Source: Vicugna vicugna (Eukaryota). Taken from it: a DNA stretch of 64,000 bases. The stretch is taken from contig MU057744.1 in the NCBI GenBank assembly GCA_013265495.1, forward strand, positions 1,997,370 through 2,061,369, written 5' to 3'. The notes beneath the pieces are model-generated. The model worked only from the letters and a program-made list of their open reading frames with translations. It had not been told where the DNA came from and made no database searches. Shown one piece after another: positions 1-14,119 of the stretch. The position numbers and the translations under genes are program-made. Every line of letters begins with the position of its first letter. Position 1 is the first letter of the stretch.

Positions 1-109
1 GTTGGGACTTTAACACAATGGTTTTAGAGAAATTTTATGATAGCTGTCAAGTTTGTAAGAATATTTACTCTTTAACCTGTCAGTACCACTGCTAGTAATT
101 GGCCTGTTT

Positions 110-171
110 GTTTTTTGGGTTTTGTTTTGTGCCTGCTAAGCACATGTGCTCCCCCTGACTATCCCTCCCCC
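110..171 (-). mobile_element. Internally deleted tRNA-derived SINE
   Basis: SINE head (ctaagcacatgtgctcc...ccctccccc) plus T-rich tail, flanked by imperfect direct repeats gctagtaattggcctgttt (91-109) and gccagtaactggtctgttt (172-190). Confidence 0.5.
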
Positions 172-2364
172 GCCAGTAACTGGTCTGTTTATTCACAAAC
201 GTGCCTCTGTGTGTTCAAGGGTGTTGCTGTCATAAATTGGAAGCAGTGTAAACTGTCATCGACAGGTTCCTGATTAAAGCAATATGGTGAATCCATGTGC
301 TAGGAAAGCACGTAACACAAGTATGTGCCTGCTGGTATGGAAAGACGTACACGTGACATACAAATGGGGGGAAAGCCAGATCCTGAACAGCATTATGATG
401 GGCCCCTAATTGTGTAAGATGGCGCACACACGCACGCGCACACGCACACACGAGTGTGTGTATTACAGATGCTAGAGTGTGTGTACGAAGTGTCTGGAAG
501 GAGACTAGGAAACTGCCACAAGGTTCCCCCAGGAAGTGGGACCACCCATGAGGGAGAGGAAGGCCCGTGACTAAGGGGCTGACTGCTCACCAGGGCCACC
601 TCCACCAGAGTCACCAGCAGGTGACACCTCACCGCCCCCTGCGGCCCCTCTGCCACTCCAGACCCCCCATCTCTTCTGTGTGCTGCCCGTGACACCACCT
701 TGTCCCTCCGTCCCATGACCCTGAAGACCTGGGGTAGTGGCTGGCCAGAGGTGGGGCTGGAGGGGCAAGGAGGCACAGAGGACGGTGGATAAGACCCACC
801 AGTCACACACTGACACGGGGAGCCTCGTCTGCACTCGGGGGCAGCGCCGCATCCGCCGCCTCAGGCCTGGCAGCGTTAGGGAGGTCACCCGCTCTTGGAG
901 GGCACTGCGCTCAGTGAAGTGCTCAGGGTCGGTGGGAGGTGGGGCTGATCTCAGATCAGACTGTGGTCTGCAGTGGCCTGTGTTACATGCGGGAATGAGA
1001 CGGGACGCAGACCCCTCAGTACGGCAGTACGACCCCACACACCCTGGCCTCTCCCTCCGACGTCCTGCGTCGTGTTGGGCCCCACGCAGCTTGTGCCAGT
1101 GGTACCCTCGTTGACTACATTTTGAATTCTGCCCTCAGGATGAGTCCCCGCTGCTTTTGTTAATTTTGTCTGTGGGCTTATTATGAGAAGAATCCATGCA
1201 TTACTTGAACAAGGGGCAGGCCAGGAACACCACAGCCTTGCCCTGGTCGGCTTCACCCACTTACACAGGATTTGTGTCAAGAGGGCGGCAAAGTTTGCCT
1301 CACTTCAGCATGAATAGGCTTCTTGATGTTTTCAGCTCTGGACTCGGGTTACCCTGGTGGCCAGCCAGCCTTTTAGTCATCGCTCCAGCCAGGGTTGTGT
1401 TGAGCACCAGGAATTTCTGTCCAAATGGGTGAGACCACCTCTGCCCACCTCTGCTGTAGGTGTTCACAGCTCTCACGGAACAGGAGGGGCATCTGGCTGT
1501 GGGGAGCTGGGAGGCACCCTAAGTGCGCGTTGCAGGTGTGTGTTTCTTGCAAGAGAAAACTCAGTTCCAGGATCCGAACTGCCTCATCTCCTCCCTGTTT
1601 GGTGACTCCGTGCTGCGGCCAGTCACTTCAGCCAGTCCAGTGATCGATGTCAGAGCTGCCATGTTGAGGTCACGCTACCTAGTTTAGGTCCCAGAACCCT
1701 CTTACTAATGTTTGTGCAGCGAGGTTTTGAAGAAGCCAGCGACACTCACAATGTAACTAACCACTGACGGTCGTGTTCTTAAAAGCAGAGGCTTAATAAA
1801 ACCAAACAGCGGGCAGGACACAAGTACGGAGGAGGAAGTGGTCAGATTTCTTTTCCTTAATTCCCAAAGAGAATCCTTCTTGACGCCACCTCCTTGGCGT
1901 TTCTTCCCCGCGGATGATGCCTGGCGCTCCCGTCGGAGCAGGCTTTGCTCGTTCACATCGTATTGTGTTGGTGTCACCCCGAGTTTTCTAGTTTTCGTCG
2001 CCTTTGCTGTTTCTAGCCGTTTCTTCGGGTCTGAAGGAGCACTTCAGGTTCCCGAGGGGCAGGACGCACCACCAGTGTTTCACCACGTACGGCAGGTGGC
2101 ACTGTGGCTGCACTTTTACAGATGCAGTGATGACTCACTTCAGTTTCTTTCCTTCCTTCCTTCTTTCTTTCTTTATTTAGGATCATGGTGTTTTGAGCCA
2201 GAGAAACTAATTAAACCAGCAGTGACCTGATAGAGCTTGAACCTCTTCTCCAGGAATGCAGGAGAGTGAAAGGTGAAGCTGTAAAGTCCAGGGCAAAAGC
2301 TGATCGTAGGTGGAGGGCCAGGGAGACTGACTTGGTGTCTGTGCGGGTATTCATGTCAGAGGGC

Positions 2365-2530
2365 GTGGTTCTCAGCCTCAGATGCACGGAAAAAATCACT
2401 GGGGAAACTCTTTATAAATCCATAGATCTGCTAGACCAGCCCCGGGTCCCTGAGTCAGAAACAATAGGGAAAGTAGTTTGGAGTATTTTGGGAAGAGCTT
2501 TCCAGGTGATTGAGATAAAACTATACTCCT
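2365..2530. mobile_element. MER5-like hAT DNA transposon remnant
   Basis: Degenerate gtggttctcagcctc...aatcactgggga...gagtcagaa...ccaggtgatt pattern. Confidence 0.4.
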
Positions 2531-3399
2531 AGGGCAGTCGCCTGCTTAGGTGATGGCTCTAAAGCTTACTTTACCCTCCCTTCTCAACGAGTCATCTTCT
2601 CTCTAGTTCATTCTCCTCCTCCCTCCCTGTGTCTGTCTCTCCCCACTGCTGGGTGTTTTGTTTGGCTGGTTGGCTGGTTGGTTTTTCTATCAAGATAAAG
2701 ATCTTAGGATTGAACAACTGCCTCGTCCCCGTTTTTGTGGAACCAGGCACCTTCCGTCCTCATTACTCGGATTCTCTGAAGAAAGTGGGTATCTTTCTGC
2801 TCCAGCTCAGATTGTCAGGTTGAAACTAATTCTCTGAAAAGGAAGATGGCCGAAAGGATGTCCCTTTTCAGGGACAGGGGGTTAATGTGGGAGGTGAGAG
2901 CCTGCAGCCCCAGAAGACACCACCCCCACAGCAGCCATCTCTCTGCTATTTCCAGTGGTAACTTCTGATAATGAAGGACCCGCTTGGGAAAATCAGTATC
3001 AAAATCCCACTGGTGAATTGTGCATTTTATTCTTCTCAACTTTGCTATGTTATTAAGCCTAAATCATCAAATCCACAGAACTTCCCCTGTCTGTTCTGCA
3101 TGGCCACAAGTCTGTTACTGAAATCGGATGGAATCCTTCCTCAAAACTCTTACTGCTGTCATAGAATGAAGGCAGGCAGTGAGACAGGGGCATTGCCAGG
3201 AGAGGCTAGGAGGCAGATGAGAGAGCTGAAATGAAGGAGACATTTACTTTGGTAATTTAGCCTCATTCCATGGTCTTGTTTTCAACTTTAATGTCTAGAA
3301 GCTAAAAGTGAATCATTCGCTTGAGGACAGACTCCCATTAACCAGGCTCCTAGGAGTCAGACGTATGAGTCAGAATAGCAACATTCTACTCATTAAGAG

Positions 3400-4470
3400 T
3401 TCTCGACGCAGCAAAGGAAGCCATGAACAAAATGAAAAGACAGCTTACAGAATGGGGGAAAATATTTGCGAACGATGCAACTGACAAGGGCTCAATTTCC
3501 AGAATATACAGACAGCTCATACAACTCAGTAACAGAAAGACAACCCAATTCAAAAATGGGCAGAAGACCGAAATTGACATTTCTCCAAAGAAGACATACA
3601 GATGGCCAATAGGCAAGTGAAAAGATGCACAGTATCATTAATTATCAGAAAAGTGAAAATCAAAACTACACTGAGGTATCACCTCACACCAGTAAGAATG
3701 GCCATCATTCAAAAGTCCACAAACGATAAATGCTGGAGAGGACGTGGAGAAAAGGGAACCCTCCTACACTGCTGGTAGGAATATAGTTTGGTGCAGACAT
3801 TATGGAGAACAGTATGGAGATTCCTTAAAAAACTAAAAATAGACTAACCCTATGATCCAGCAATCCCACTCCTGTGCATGTGTCTGGAGAAATTTGAAAA
3901 GATACATCCACCCCAATGTTCACAGCAGCACTATTTACAATAGCCAGGACATGGAAGTAACCTAAATGTACATCGACAGATGACTGGATAAAGAAGTTGT
4001 GGTATATTTATGCAATGGAATACTACTCGGCCATAAAAAAGAATGAGAAATGCCATTTGCAGCAACATGGTGGACCTAGAGATCGTCATACTAAGTGAAG
4101 TAAGCCAGACAAAGACAAATACCCATGTGATATCACTTACATGTGGAATCTAAAATATGATACAAATAAACTTATTTACAAAACAGAAAGAGACTCACAG
4201 ACATATAAAACAAACTTATGGTTACCAAAGGGGAAAGGCAGGGGGAGGGATAAATCAGGAGTTTGGGATTTGCAGATACTGACTACTATATATAAAAGAT
4301 AAGCAATAAGTTTCTCTTGTACAGCACAAGGAACTATATTCAATATCTTGTATCAAATAACCTATAATGAGAAAGAATGTGAAGGATGTGTATACATGCA
4401 TAACTGAATCACTGTGCTGCACAGCAGAAACTAACAAACATTGTAAGTCAACAATTCTTCAGTTAAAAAG
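3400..4470 (+). mobile_element. 5'-truncated LINE-1 (ORF2 C-terminus and 3' UTR) in an RYR2 intron
   Basis: Translates NKMKRQLTEWGKIFANDATDKG and [15 protein letters not shown]; typical L1 3' UTR with G-rich tract and A-rich end. Confidence 0.92.
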
Positions 4471-6347
4471 AGGCCATCAACAAGTTGATGGTCTCTCCCT
4501 GTAGAGAAGCTCTGTTTGGGGGCCGAACCGTCATCCAGAAGTCTTGGTCAGCAGGAATTAGCAAGAATTAGCTGGATGATCGTAGTCACGTGCAGGTCAG
4601 ATAAGCAGGGTATGGAGGGCGAGGTCACTGCGGGACCGGAACTGGGAGCTGCACTGATCCACCATGGGCCCCTCTGGGTATGGTGTGGGGAGTCAGAGGG
4701 CCAGAGTTTGACGAGAGGTGTGCCAGACCACAGCCAGGTGGACTGTCCAAGCTAAGACCCTGCCCCCACTGGGCAGAGCCAAGTGCGGGAGAGCCAGGGA
4801 AGGCCCGGCCTCTGTTGGTCCGTGAGAGCCCAGGTGGGCGCGGTCACAGTTCTACTCCCTGCGGCCGCAGTGAAGCTCATACGAAGACCGATTTGGAGAG
4901 AACCTTATAACCCCTAGTTGTTCTTGTTAAAGATAAGAAATGCATGCGGTAAAAATAATTCCAACAGTGTGTCAGAGGATACAGTGAGAATGAACTTTCT
5001 CTTCCCAGATACCCACTGTGAATGGTGTCAGGTACTGCTGCAGACAGACGGTTCTGAGAGGTTAATGCAGGACCCTGGGGGCTTTTTTATTAGGAGACTG
5101 TCTTCAAAATTTCACTTCCAGAGGCGGAGTCAGTAGGTGGTACCAGAAATCCAGAGGGGTCGAAGCCCCGGGAGACGCAGGTGCGGAGTTCAGTTCCAGC
5201 TGCATCCGTCTCATCGGGCCGTCTGCGCAGAAGGACCGTCCTGGCCTCTGCTGGAGAGGCCTTTCCCTGGGCCCCGGGCTCTCCTGGAGTGGGCGATGGC
5301 TGGGGTGCCTCTCGATGCTCTTGCCCATCACGTCCCAAAGTGACAAACCTCTTTTCTGGGTGACCCAGTCTTTGTTTAGTCCTGCACATTAAATCCCAGC
5401 GCCTGACTTAGGAAACTTTGTGTATTCTGCGTCTGTCAGTAGTCAGCTGTTGAACCAGGAGCACTTTGGTCTCACCTCGCTGCCTGTTCTTCGCCTGAAC
5501 TTTGTGCTCTTAGGGTGATCTGAGGACCTGAGGTCTGGGTTGAGGCGTCCAGTCGCCATTAGAGCAGCTGACCAGTCGTCGCTTTTCCCCCTTGTTCATC
5601 TCACAGGTGGCTTTTGAGCGCCTGCCGTGGGCTGGACATTGTCTCAGCACTGATGGTAGAGCAGGGGCCACAGTGCTTCCTCTCCTAATGGGACCAGTTC
5701 TGGTGGGTCAGATAGATCACAAAGCATCGAATAAGAAGTAAGTTGGCTGGAATTCAGCGAAGAGACCCAGGGTGTAAAGAGCAGTGTTTTGAGGCAATTA
5801 GCGCAGATGGTACTTAAGTATGGGACTGGAAAAGTTCCCCAAGGAAGTGTCGTAAAAGAAAGTAAAAGTTGAAACACCCCACTGGGCAGGAGTTCCTGAA
5901 GGAACAGGGAGGTGGGGATGCCCTGGCCGAGGGGGCTGAGAAGGGGTGACCAGAAATGGAGGAGAAAACCGGCGGGGGTGGTGGTGAGGTGTCTCTGAGT
6001 GAAGATGCTGTCTCGAGGCCGTGGCCCCTTCGTGATGGCAGACGGCACGCTTCTATTTTTCTGAGGGGTGAATCCGAGTGTCTGGAATGGTCTAAGGAGA
6101 GCTCACGGAGGGGGTTCCTCGCTGAGGTTCCAGTGGGAGAAGCATGGGAAGGTCTGCAGGGACAGCACAGGCAAGCAGAATCTCAAGTCAGGAGTGTTGT
6201 ATTTGGAGGAGGCGTGGGTAGGGTGGAGGGGTGCTTCTGGGGGCAGTAAAGGATCAGCTTAGGCGAAGAAAGGCGGGGAAGTCAGGGGGCCTGGTGTGGG
6301 AAGTGTGGATTCATCTTGAATAAAGATAAAGCCCCAGATGCTTAAGC

Positions 6348-6557
6348 CAGTGGCTCTCCACCGGTCGTGATCCTGTCCCCCAGAGGACACTTGTCAGGGC
6401 CTACAGATATGTCTGATTGTCTGCGGGGCGGGGTGCTGTCGGCACCTGGGGCACAGAGGCCAGAGGTCCTCCTGGAGTACTGTGGGATGCATGAGACAGG
6501 CCCCGCAGCAAGGAGTGTCTGGCCTGAAACGTGGTTGGTGACGAGCAGAGGAACCCG
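6348..6557 (+). mobile_element. MER20 (hAT-Charlie) DNA transposon
   Basis: cagtggctctccacc...cccccagaggacacttg...agaggccagaggtcctcctg...gaggaaccc is colinear with the MER20 consensus. Confidence 0.75.
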
Positions 6558-7183
6558 CCCCAAACGCACTTTACTGAGCCCCTTTTTCCTGCTGTGGACA
6601 CTTCCGGCAGCACATTTCATTGGTCGCTTTAATGTTTCAGAGTTTAAGCAATGAGCTGCTATCTCCTCCCTGCCTCTCCCTTTTCTCTTCTTTGTTCTAG
6701 ACCTTAAAGTAAAAAAAAAAAAAATTGGCGTTACATTCCACATACGATAGATGAGAGCACAGTGTGTTAGTACCTCTGGCTTTTTCTCGCTTAATTGCTA
6801 ACTTTCCGTCTTGTTACACTTTGGGTGTTTACTTCCTCATTCCTTGGTCTGTTATGCTCAAAAAAACGTAAACAATGCAATTCGGTACCGTTCTGTGGCC
6901 CCTCCTGTGACTGCAGTGGGATTACCTTCTGCCAGATGCTCCTGAGATGATCTCCATTTCCTGCCAAGTGTGACAGAAGGCGCTAAGCCGAGTGTACATG
7001 TGGAGCTGTGTTGATAAAAGACAGCAGAATGGAAGAGCCAAGTGTTTGCACCACAGTTACAGATACTGAAACAAAAAGGGGTGGTACAGACGAGAGATTC
7101 GCATCATCCAGAGCGAAGATTCGGAACCAGAGCGAGTCTTAGGTGTGCTGAGTGTGAACGGGGGCGGTGGGCCCCGGTAGTGA

Positions 7184-7603
<420 letters not shown>

Positions 7604-8750
7604 TGATCCCAGCCCTGCTGACTGTTCACAACCCGGGGGGGAGCCGCCTAACCTCTCTGGGTCTGCCACGTGGAAAGTGCACACATCTCCGAGCCGTGGG
7701 CTGTGGGAAAGAGTTCTTTAAAAATGACGTCTGTCAGGGGCCCTGTGAGCTGGTGGTGGTGCTCTCATTAGAGGGAGCCGAGTCTGGTAAGTCTGAGGAA
7801 CGTGGCCGACGTTCCCAGCTGAGAAGCGTCAGTGCTGGGGTCCACGCCCTCAGGTCTGCACCCAGGCCCACGCCCGCCCCGGTGCCACGCTGGCCAGGGT
7901 GCTTCCTGTACTCCAGGGTGACTTGGGGTCGGGTGGGGGTTCGCCCTCCTTTTATTCCACGTTAACGCTTTTCCCTCAGAAAAATCACTCCTGTTGTCTT
8001 TTTTCTGCCTGCACATTTATCCTGGCACGATTTAAACATCTGCCAACGTGACATTATCCTCTAACTCCCATGGGCATAAGATGGCACTTTTTTTTCAGTA
8101 AAGTACGTGAACAGGTTTAAAGGGCCCATAATCCTCCCTTTATATGTCTGTATTCAGCATAGCAGTAATGTGTTTTCTAAGAGGGCAAAGTCATAAAACA
8201 CTTGGAAGAAAAAGTTCAGCTGGCAGGTCACAGGAGAGAGAGGCCCCGAGCCTTTCGGCGCCGACTGACACTGTTAGTAACGTTACGGAAGGTTTATTCA
8301 CGAGGGACTTGTGAAAAGAATGATCGGAGGCAGATTCCACACGGTTAATGTGGTCACGCTGGATTTGCAAGTAAGGACTTGGAGACCGCCTTAGTGGCGC
8401 TCTCTGTTCCTGACAACCATACATCTCAGCGGCTCCTTCTCGGCACAGAGCAGGTGCGAACGCACCGGCTGTTGGTGCCAGGGTGACCCCCCCGAAGGTC
8501 CTTCTGCTCTGTCTACGACACGTCAGCCCCCCATCAGGCAGCCTGTGCCCCAGGAGCCGCTGCTATGTCTGCCCCAAAGAGGAGCTGCAGCCGCCCTGGT
8601 CGGGGGTGCAGTCTGTCCCCACGACTCGGATGTCCTGAGCTCTTCCCTGTGCTGGGCGGCGGCTGCTCCTTGGAGGGACTGGCCGTGGGGCCGTGAGTTT
8701 CATCGTTCTCCGCTTGATGCAGATTGAAGCCTGCCTTTGTTTAACCCTAG

Positions 8751-8815
8751 GTTTGATCATTGATGCGTTCGGGGAACTGAGAGACCAGCAGGAACAGGTC
8801 AAGGAAGACATGGAG
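8751..8815 (+). CDS. RYR2: RYR2 coding exon (S6 cytoplasmic extension)
   Basis: ccctag|GT acceptor and GAG|gtgag donor, 65 nt, phase-consistent with both neighbours. Translates (G)[21 protein letters not shown]. Confidence 0.97.
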
Positions 8816-9369
8816 GTGAGTCTCCGCTTGTCTGCGCTTGCGTGGTGGCGGTGCACACGCCCTGTCCTGCTGCCTCTGTCAGAGAACCACGCCGGGGACG
8901 CGGGCACGGGCTTCCCTGGCCTGCTCTCGCTCAGCCAGTACCTGGCGCTGAGCGGTGCTGCCCGGTCCACACGCACCATCAGTGTTTTGTTCCTCAGGGA
9001 GCGGTAAGAGCACCCCTTCACAGTGAGGGCTTCACCCCAACGACAGCTAAGTCAGCAGGCGGTCACGGAGCAGCGCGAGAGCCCCTCGGAGGAGGGTCAC
9101 CAAGTGCCGGGGTGGCTGGGGCTGGCAGCTCGTCTCCTCCAGGGTGACCAGGGGAGTTCTCAGGCCCATGCAGAGGCCTGGAGCTCACAGAGTGTGGGTT
9201 TGAGAGATGGCACAGCAGGCCAGTTTGGGCCATCGCCCTGCCCTGCCGCGCCCTACCATGCACATCTCCAGGGCACTGCTCATGTGGGTTCCGGGAGAGC
9301 GTCACCACCTGAGGGTCTGTATACCAAGGCCCTGATCTTAGGGAGTTTGATGCGCAGATTCTCTCCTGG

Positions 9370-9950
9370 AAGCATTGCATTCTGATAGTGGGGCTGGAGA
9401 CGGAGGCCAGCTGACGGAGAGTCTTGTCACCATCTGAGAAATGTACAGCGTGACCAAGAGGCTAGGACACTGGAGAGGGTTCAAGCAGGGCAGTGAGGTG
9501 ATCAGATTTACACTTTAAAAAGATAACTGCAGGTTGAAACACGGGCATGAGCTAGACACTGGCTCGACCAGGACAGGGACGCGGCCGTCAGCATTTTCCC
9601 GGTAGGAGATTTGAGGCTTCACTCAGGAGGATGCGGGAGTCGGATGGAGTCAAGCAGTACTTCAGAGCCGCATGAAAAGAGCGTAGCGACTGGCCAGAGG
9701 CAGAGGATGCCGAGTGTGGAGCCGGCAGGGATGGGACAGAGGGTCCCTAGACAGAGGAAAGCGTGGTGGCCTTGTTACACCCAGAGGACCCGAGAGAGGT
9801 CACACGGGGAAGGGCAGCTTCCTGGGAAGAGCCGCTGAGTGTGAAGCTGTTTCTCTGGGACACCGAGTGGTGTGAGGACCAGACTGCTGGGTGGAGCCTT
9901 TCTGTGTCGGCTGCTGTCGATCAAGAAGGCAGGGGAGCGCTAAATTCTCT
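9370..9950 (-). mobile_element. Degenerate LINE-2 fragment
   Basis: Purine-rich L2-type sequence (aagcagggcagtgaggtgatcagatttacactttaaaaagataact). Confidence 0.5.
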
Positions 9951-10740
9951 TCATCACCTTGACCCTGGACCCTGGTATCTAGGGCCATAAACATACCTCT
10001 GATGCCATTAAACAGCTTCTCCTTGGCGGGGAAGGTGAGCGCCGGGGGCCGCTGGAGGACAGTCATTGAGTTTGTCTGGATTGGCCCACAGGAAATGCTC
10101 CTGATAGGACGGGGGCCTGGCTCCTCCCAGGTGTTGGTACAGCTGCAGATGCAGACCTGGTGGGGAGAGGGCGGGGCTGGGATGGGGAGGGGGCCAGGGG
10201 AGCAGGCCCCCAGCTCCTGTCGGGGGAAGCCGTCTGTGCATACGTGTCTGCTGGTGAGCTGTGTGCTTGCCTGAGTCGTTGACCGAACGCCTCACAGCTG
10301 GGATTGGCTGGTCCTCCCCAGATGGAAGGGGTGGGTGCCCCCCCACCCTCTTGGTCACCAGACTCGGCTAGGATGGGTACCCGGTTCACATCAGTCCTGC
10401 CTTGTGACTGGAGTCAGCACCCCGACCAGAGTGATTGCCACGCTGGGGCGTTCTCACTTAGGCCGGAGAAGGGAGGGAGGAGGCGTGGCTTTTCCGCCAT
10501 CATCTCCTGGACGCTCTCTGCCCCTGTGCTCCCTGCCAGCCGCCGGTCCCTACGCCCTGTAAACGCAGGGCCCGCCGGGCTGGCGGCGCAGGAGTCCAGT
10601 CAGTGTTCCGTGCTTGGCTTGGCCTCCTGGGATGGCTTCACGCAGACCAGGCCCAGCCGCTGCCCTGAGTGGTGAGCGCTGTTTTCCTCCTCCGTTGCCG
10701 TCCGAACCCTGACCTTCCCACGCTTGCCTTTGTCTTCTAG

Positions 10741-10841
10741 ACCAAGTGCTTCATCTGTGGGATAGGCAACGATTACTTCGACACCGTGCCGCACGGCTTC
10801 GAGACCCACACCCTGCAGGAGCACAACCTGGCCAATTACCT
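10741..10841 (+). CDS. RYR2: RYR2 coding exon (C-terminal domain C2H2 zinc site)
   Basis: ttctag|ACC acceptor and CT|gtgag donor, 101 nt. Translates [33 protein letters not shown](L) with CxxC and HxxxxH zinc ligands. Confidence 0.97.
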
Positions 10842-11286
10842 GTGAGTGCGCCCCCACCCGGCACTGGAGAGCAGCGGGGAGCCCCTCTCTTTACCGTGGC
10901 CTCAGGCTTCTTGCACCTCCTGGAGGCAGAGACCCCAGGCTCGTGGTTTTTCTTCCCCAGGAGCAGCTGTAACCCTGTTAGTCTCTGTTTCCACACGCGG
11001 ACTGTGATCCCTGCCCCGCGAGAGCAGCCGCCCAGCCGGGTCTGGCTCCGGCCTGTCTTCACGCAGCTCCCGGGAGGCAGAGCTTGGTCTGCACACGTTT
11101 TAGCCCCTTTGAAAACCTATGTTAAAGAAGGTTAAGCTTTTGGTCCCCGTGGCGTTGCCTGCCCCGCAGGTGTGACCCATGCCTTTGCTCTGCCACGAGG
11201 AGTGAGCCCGCAGCAGGACCAGAAGGGCCTGATCCTGCTGATCCTCCCAGACAGCCCGTTGCTGACTCCTGCCTCTGTATCTGCAG

Positions 11287-11338
11287 GTTTTTCCTGATGT
11301 ATCTCATAAACAAAGATGAAACAGAGCACACAGGACAG
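11287..11338 (+). CDS. RYR2: RYR2 penultimate coding exon
   Basis: ctgcag|G acceptor and CAG|gtagg donor, 52 nt. Translates (L)FFLMYLINKDETEHTGQ. Confidence 0.97.
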
Positions 11339-11867
11339 GTAGGTAGACAGTGACTGCATGTCATCCTCTGGAAGAAATGCTGAGTCTCTGCAAGTTGGAA
11401 CCAAGGGAGGGCGCGGGGCGTTAAGAGGTGGACTTGCTGTCAGGCCTCGTGGTCACGGTGTCTTAGTACAAGCTCCCTGTGGTCCTGAGTGAGGGTGCGA
11501 GGGTGGCCTGAGGAGGAAAAGTCAGGTGATGATTGCGTGTGAAAAATGAAGCCGTTCTTAGCTGAGAACGCTGGGTCTGGGCTGCGGTAATTACAGGGTG
11601 CTTGGTTGCTTAATCAGGGAGCCGGTGATTTCAAACGAACTTCAACCCCACAGTGTTATGGTCGCTTAAAAATTACTGCATATTAAATGTTTAAGGTTCT
11701 CCTTGAACTGTTTGAAATTCTCTCCACAAAGATTCACCTCCAGTTGTCAGTAGTTCGAATTTGAAGGATATAATTAATGAAAATAATAGTTTTAAGGAGC
11801 CCTCAAAAACATGTTGCAAATGGTGTTTTTTAATCAGTATTACGTGATGGTCAGGGTGAAGACTAAC

Positions 11868-11988
11868 GATTTGTTTTTGGGGGGGTGGTAATTAGGTTGA
11901 TTTGTTTGTTTGGAGGAAGGACTGGGGATTGAACCCAGGACCCTCGTGCATGCTGGGCACGTGCTCCACCACTGAGCTGTGCCCCCCA
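11868..11988 (-). mobile_element. tRNA-derived SINE (Vic-1-like)
   Basis: Reverse complement of gctcagtggtggagcacgtgcccagcatgcacgagg-tcctgggttcaatccccagt, with Pol III A/B boxes and an A-rich tail. Confidence 0.85.
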
Positions 11989-12152
11989 GTTATTTGCTCA
12001 TTTGTAGGATCAAACAAGGCCGGGTGTAGTTAGGAACTACCTAAATGAACCTGGGCTTCTCCAGTTACATAGCTGTGTGTGATACACAATTACACATACG
12101 CAGTATGTATAGTAACAAATCTGAGTTTCTTTCTGTCTTCTGTTTGTGGTAA

Positions 12153-12302
<150 letters not shown>

Positions 12303-13615
12303 GCGCCGACCCAGCCCGCCTCGGAAAACCCACGCGCGCTCTCGCTGTCTTGGCCTCTGTCTCTCCGACTCTCTGTCTCTCCGCTCCCTTGGAGCGTCCT
12401 GCTGATTCTGCGAATTGCCAGCGTGATGCGCTCTCTGGGGGCTGAGAAGCTGTTCCCGAATACCCGACCGGGCTTCTCCCCCTACCTGGCCTGTTTCCTT
12501 TGCAAACAAAGACTGAAGAAGAATCTGGACTCACACACAGACCGGCGAGGAGCTCTGGGCGCGCTCAGGCGTCACCCAGACAGGTCTGCTTCTGAGACTC
12601 TGGAACCTCCTTGAGCTGCGGGACGTGGAAGGGCAGCGGGGTCGCCACACTCATCCAGCCTCTTTATTTCCCCATCCTGAAGGGAGCCCCGGCCGTCACA
12701 GAGCGCGGTAGCACGTGACCGACGGCCGTGGACACCAGTTACAAAGAAATAGTGCCTTACTATCTGTGGGTTGAGCTATGCAGAAGAAACGTGCATGAAA
12801 AACATCTTTATTTCCTTTATGTCACCTTCTTTTTCCTTAGTTAGACTGGTTTGGTGAGGTTTGGGGTTTTTTTTCCTTTCATGCTTTTCTTTAGTGGGGG
12901 AGGGTAACAAAAGCAGTTTGCGCGCACCTTTTGGCCAAGGCGGGTGGCCTGTCTCAGGACACGAGGAGGTTCTTCTCATTCCTCACATTCACCTCCCTCC
13001 CCACGGGCTCCTGCTCTGATTTCCGTCATGCTCTGATGCCACGTTGCAACTTTACGAAATCTTTGTATGAGAAAAAAAGACTGCAAAAAGAAAAAACACA
13101 CCTTCAAAAGAAATACTTCATTGCATGTTTATTATGCAAGTGTTAAGTGAACAAAGAGAACCCTCAGGAGCAAGCTGGTCAACGTGAGCGCACTCTCATG
13201 GTAACTACACGCATAGTGAGAAAGTGTCGTGGGCTAATCGTGTGCTTGGAGCCAGTGTCCGCCGCCGCCGCCAGTGTGGCAGCATCAAGAACGCGACTGC
13301 AGTCTTGGGCCTCTTCTTCGGCCACCTGTGATCAGCTGCTGACTGAGGACTTCTTGTCAGGCCACTTTTAACGTCAAAGCTGCAGTGACATCCATTCAGG
13401 GGTTTCATCGGTTGCATCAAAGAACACGGGTGACAGTGGCGATCACTCCATTTTGAGTCCTTTTAAGTGTGATGCAAACCTTTACAAATAAAAAGACATT
13501 CAGAGTGGAAGTGCAGTCGTTCTGCAGACGTCGGAGCTCTTTTGTCATAGGTCCGCTTGTTAATTTTAGAATTGGAAAACGGCTCTGATTAAACTACTTA
13601 ACTAACTTTCTCACC
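12303..13615 (+). other. RYR2: RYR2 3' UTR (3' end approximate)
   Basis: Follows the stop codon; poly(A) hexamers AATAAA (13487-13492) and ATTAAA (13588-13593). Confidence 0.7.
13487..13593 (+). terminator. RYR2 tandem polyadenylation signals
   Basis: AATAAA at 13487-13492 and ATTAAA at 13588-13593, each followed by T/GT-rich or pyrimidine-rich downstream sequence. Confidence 0.65.
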
Positions 13616-14119
13616 CTCTTCTTTCTCCATTTCGCTTATCCCTGGGCTGCACCACTGAACCTTGCGCTCTGAACTCAAGGGTCTGGGGCAGCCAAACGTG
13701 GCCCCCAGGCCTGCGTATGTCCCATAAGTAAGCCGCTGTTCTGCGTTCAGGGCTGCGGAGCTCAGGCCTAGGCCCCGCCCCTGTTGCTCCTTGTCCGGGG
13801 GCACCCAGGCTCCTTGGAGACCACCAGCAGCGCTGTGTCCCAGACCGGTTTCATCTGCGTACAGCTTTCATTTGAGCAAGCTCTTCCTTGTTCAGTGCAA
13901 ATTCGCTTCCCGGTAATAACAGGGACTCATTTTCTGTCTTAGTCTGGAATAGGGTTAGCACACTAGCTAGTAAGTGACGTCTCAAACACTCAACCGCTAA
14001 CGGGACGTCTGCCGCGTCCCAGGGGCAGTGCGGGGTGTCCCCGGTCACCCATCACCTCGTGGGCACAGCAGCAGAGCTGCGCTGCCTGGGTGTGGCGTCT
14101 GTCTCTTGGTGGCGTAAGT

